Translations under genes and position numbers: made by a program
Notes under the pieces: model-generated
Database searches by the model: none
What the model saw: the letters and a program-made list of their open reading frames with translations, nothing else
What the model was told of the DNA's origin: nothing
From: Gracilinanus agilis
Taxonomy: Eukaryota
Assembly (NCBI RefSeq): GCF_016433145.1
Contig: NC_058135.1
Coordinates: 279,587,261-279,651,260 of the forward strand
Length of the DNA stretch: 64,000 nucleotides
Reading direction: 5' to 3'
In this document: positions 61,881 through 64,000 of the stretch, piece after piece
Layout of the letters: each line of letters starts with the position of its first letter
How positions within the stretch are numbered: position 1 is the first letter of the stretch

Positions 61881-62042
61881 TTAAAAACCATCAGCTTCTC
61901 CTCTGTTAATAATGGCTCCTATTTTCCTAGTAAGTAAAGACATCTGGTTTATCTAAAGTAATGATGTGACTACTTTGTATGCCATTCTCACAACCATAAA
62001 ATGTAGTAATGACAAACGAATGATTAAAAAATCATTTATTGC

Positions 62043-62169
62043 TGTAACATGCATAATCTTAAGTGGGGTGAACTGCCTCACAGAATTCCATAGTACCCCC
62101 AGAACTCCAGGAGAGGGGGCAGTTGGGACAGTTAAGAATGTGAGCCCACTTAAGATTATGCAAGTTACA
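62043..62169. mobile_element. 127-bp MITE-like element with 25-bp TIRs and 5-bp TSD-like flanks
   Basis: tgtaacatgcataatcttaagtggg (62043-62067) vs cccacttaagattatgcaagttaca (62145-62169), 24/25; flanks attgc / attac. Confidence 0.75.
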
Positions 62170-63329
62170 ATTACATGCAAAATACTTCGTCAAGTGCTGG
62201 GGATACATACTGAAAATCAAAACAGTCTCTCCTCTCAAGGACTCACAACTAATTAGAGGTACACATAAAGAACATTTCACACGCATGTCATCCTAAGGAT
62301 CAGGCTGCATGGACAGAGCAAATAGTAACACGTCTCCCTTAATATCACTTTCACAGATGTCATTCTACATTTATAATTTCATCTATAAAAACTGCTTCAA
62401 GGTCTAATTGTCAATCATTTTGCATTTTCAATATCTTAGAGGGAACAATATTTTCCCTCTAGGTCTTCAGTAGGCCTGGTTACAGAGTGAACAGGGAATG
62501 AAGAACTTGGAGAAGCAATTGTCAGGTTACATCTCTATCAGAGCTACTCCACTGGATGATGGATTCAGGGAACGTGCAGAAAGCACAGTAGGTCATTCCA
62601 GAATTTACATTATAGCCAAGACCTTAAAGTTTAAGTGGCAATCTTTTAGTGTTTTGTGCTAGTAGTAAGAGAGACAGTAGTATTCCTACCTCCTAGAGAG
62701 CACCCACCTCCCAGTGTCCTTGTGAGAATTAAATGAAGTAATATTTATGAGGTCCTTTGCACTCTGTCTAGCACATAATAGTTGCTATATAAATAGTGAT
62801 TATTTTTAATATTTTTATTATTATTTGTTAGTGGTAGTAGTAGAGCTTTTCTGCACATGAATTTCTTCTCCCAATTTTAAATGTTAGGTATAACCTAGAA
62901 ACAGGAATCTAGTTTATTAGCCGTCTCCACCATCTTCTAAAGGGTTGTGGTGCTAGTGATGGTGGTCATGGTGGTTTAACCCACTGACTACCTTCTGCCT
63001 TCTCTCTCTTCCCTCTTCCTTAGGTGGACTTATCACTTCAGCTAAGCAGACTTCTCTGTGGCAATAGAGGAAGCTAGTCATCCATTTGTTTTGATGTGAT
63101 AATAGGGTGGATACTTTCTCTTCAGGGGTTACACTCCCAGATAATTACTGTACAATCTGGGATAGTACTCTGGGGAATACTTCTTGAAGAAGGCTTCTAA
63201 TGCACTGCTCTACTGTTCAGTCATTTTTGCCATTTCCAACTCTTCATAATTGCATTTGGGGTTTTCTTGGCAAAGATACTAGAATGGATTGACATTTTCT
63301 TCTCCAGCTCATTTTATTTTATTTTATTT

Positions 63330-64000
63330 TTTCTGGATTATACAAGTCACATAGAATATATTTACATGTTCTTCATTTTTGTAAGTGAATAATCTTATAA
63401 AACCAAAATCCCCAAACATGTACCAAATAAATAAATGAAAAATCATATGCTTTTATCTGCATTCCTACTCCAATAGTTCTTATTCCAGAAGTACACAGCA
63501 TTCTTTGTCATATGTCCTTCAGAATTGTCTCGGATCATTGTATTGCTGATAGTAGCTAAGTGTATCACATTTGATCATTTCACAATCTTGCTATTACTGT
63601 GTACAGTGTTTCTGGTTTTGCTTATTTCACTCTGCATCAGTTCATGAAGGTCTTTCCAACTCTTTCTGAAATCATCCTGTTCATCATTCCTTAGAACACA
63701 ATAGACTTCTATCACCGTCATAAGTCACAATGTGTTCAGTCATTTCCCAATTGAGGGGCATCCCTTTAGTTTCCAATTCTTTGCTATTGCAAAAAGAGTA
63801 ATTAGAAATAATATTGTACAAGCAAGTCCTTTCCCATTTTAAAACATCTCTTTTGCATACAGATCTAGTAGTGGTATTTTTGGATCAAAAGGTATGTATT
63901 CTTTTATAGCCCTTTGGGCATAATTCCAAATTGCCCTCCAAAATAGCTCAATCAGTTCACAACTCCACCAGTAATGCATTTGTGTCCAAATTTTGCCACA
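63330..64000 (-). mobile_element. L1 3' UTR / ORF2 end
   Basis: Reverse L1: gatcattgtattgctga...cactctgcatcagttcatgaaggtc...gcataattccaaattgccctcca. Confidence 0.88.

Overview
Marsupial genomic DNA. The SINE1_Mdo/Mar1/L1_Mdo-type repeats suggest opossum, Monodelphis (inference). The window holds a tandem, minus-strand cluster of class II olfactory receptor genes of the OR5B type: four intact single-exon CDSs (2771-3706, 18035-19012, 40412-41386, 53142-54098) and one pseudogene missing from the ORF track (about 9373-12078). The pseudogene is split by two retroviral insertions with perfect 6-bp TSDs, a SINE and a microsatellite. Each intact gene has a splice acceptor just upstream of its CDS and a paralogous non-coding block 4-7 kb upstream carrying a donor plus O/E-like and homeodomain motifs. 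The rest is dense repeat: L1, L2, L3/CR1, MIR/Mar1, young SINEs with TSDs, hAT MITEs, solo LTRs and an env-bearing ERV remnant. The best leads are: (1) a positionally conserved upstream ATG/overlapping uORF in all five paralogs; (2) apparent decay of the ancestral promoter and donor of the 53142-54098 gene, with a CpG-rich same-strand LTR as a possible replacement promoter; (3) an L1 3' transduction supported by an empty site in a paralog; (4) a 127-bp TG..CA MITE with 25-bp TIRs; (5) a near-palindromic nested SINE pair. No clearly new protein-coding system is supported. All alignments were done by eye, and repeat family names are from recall and need a Dfam/Repbase check.
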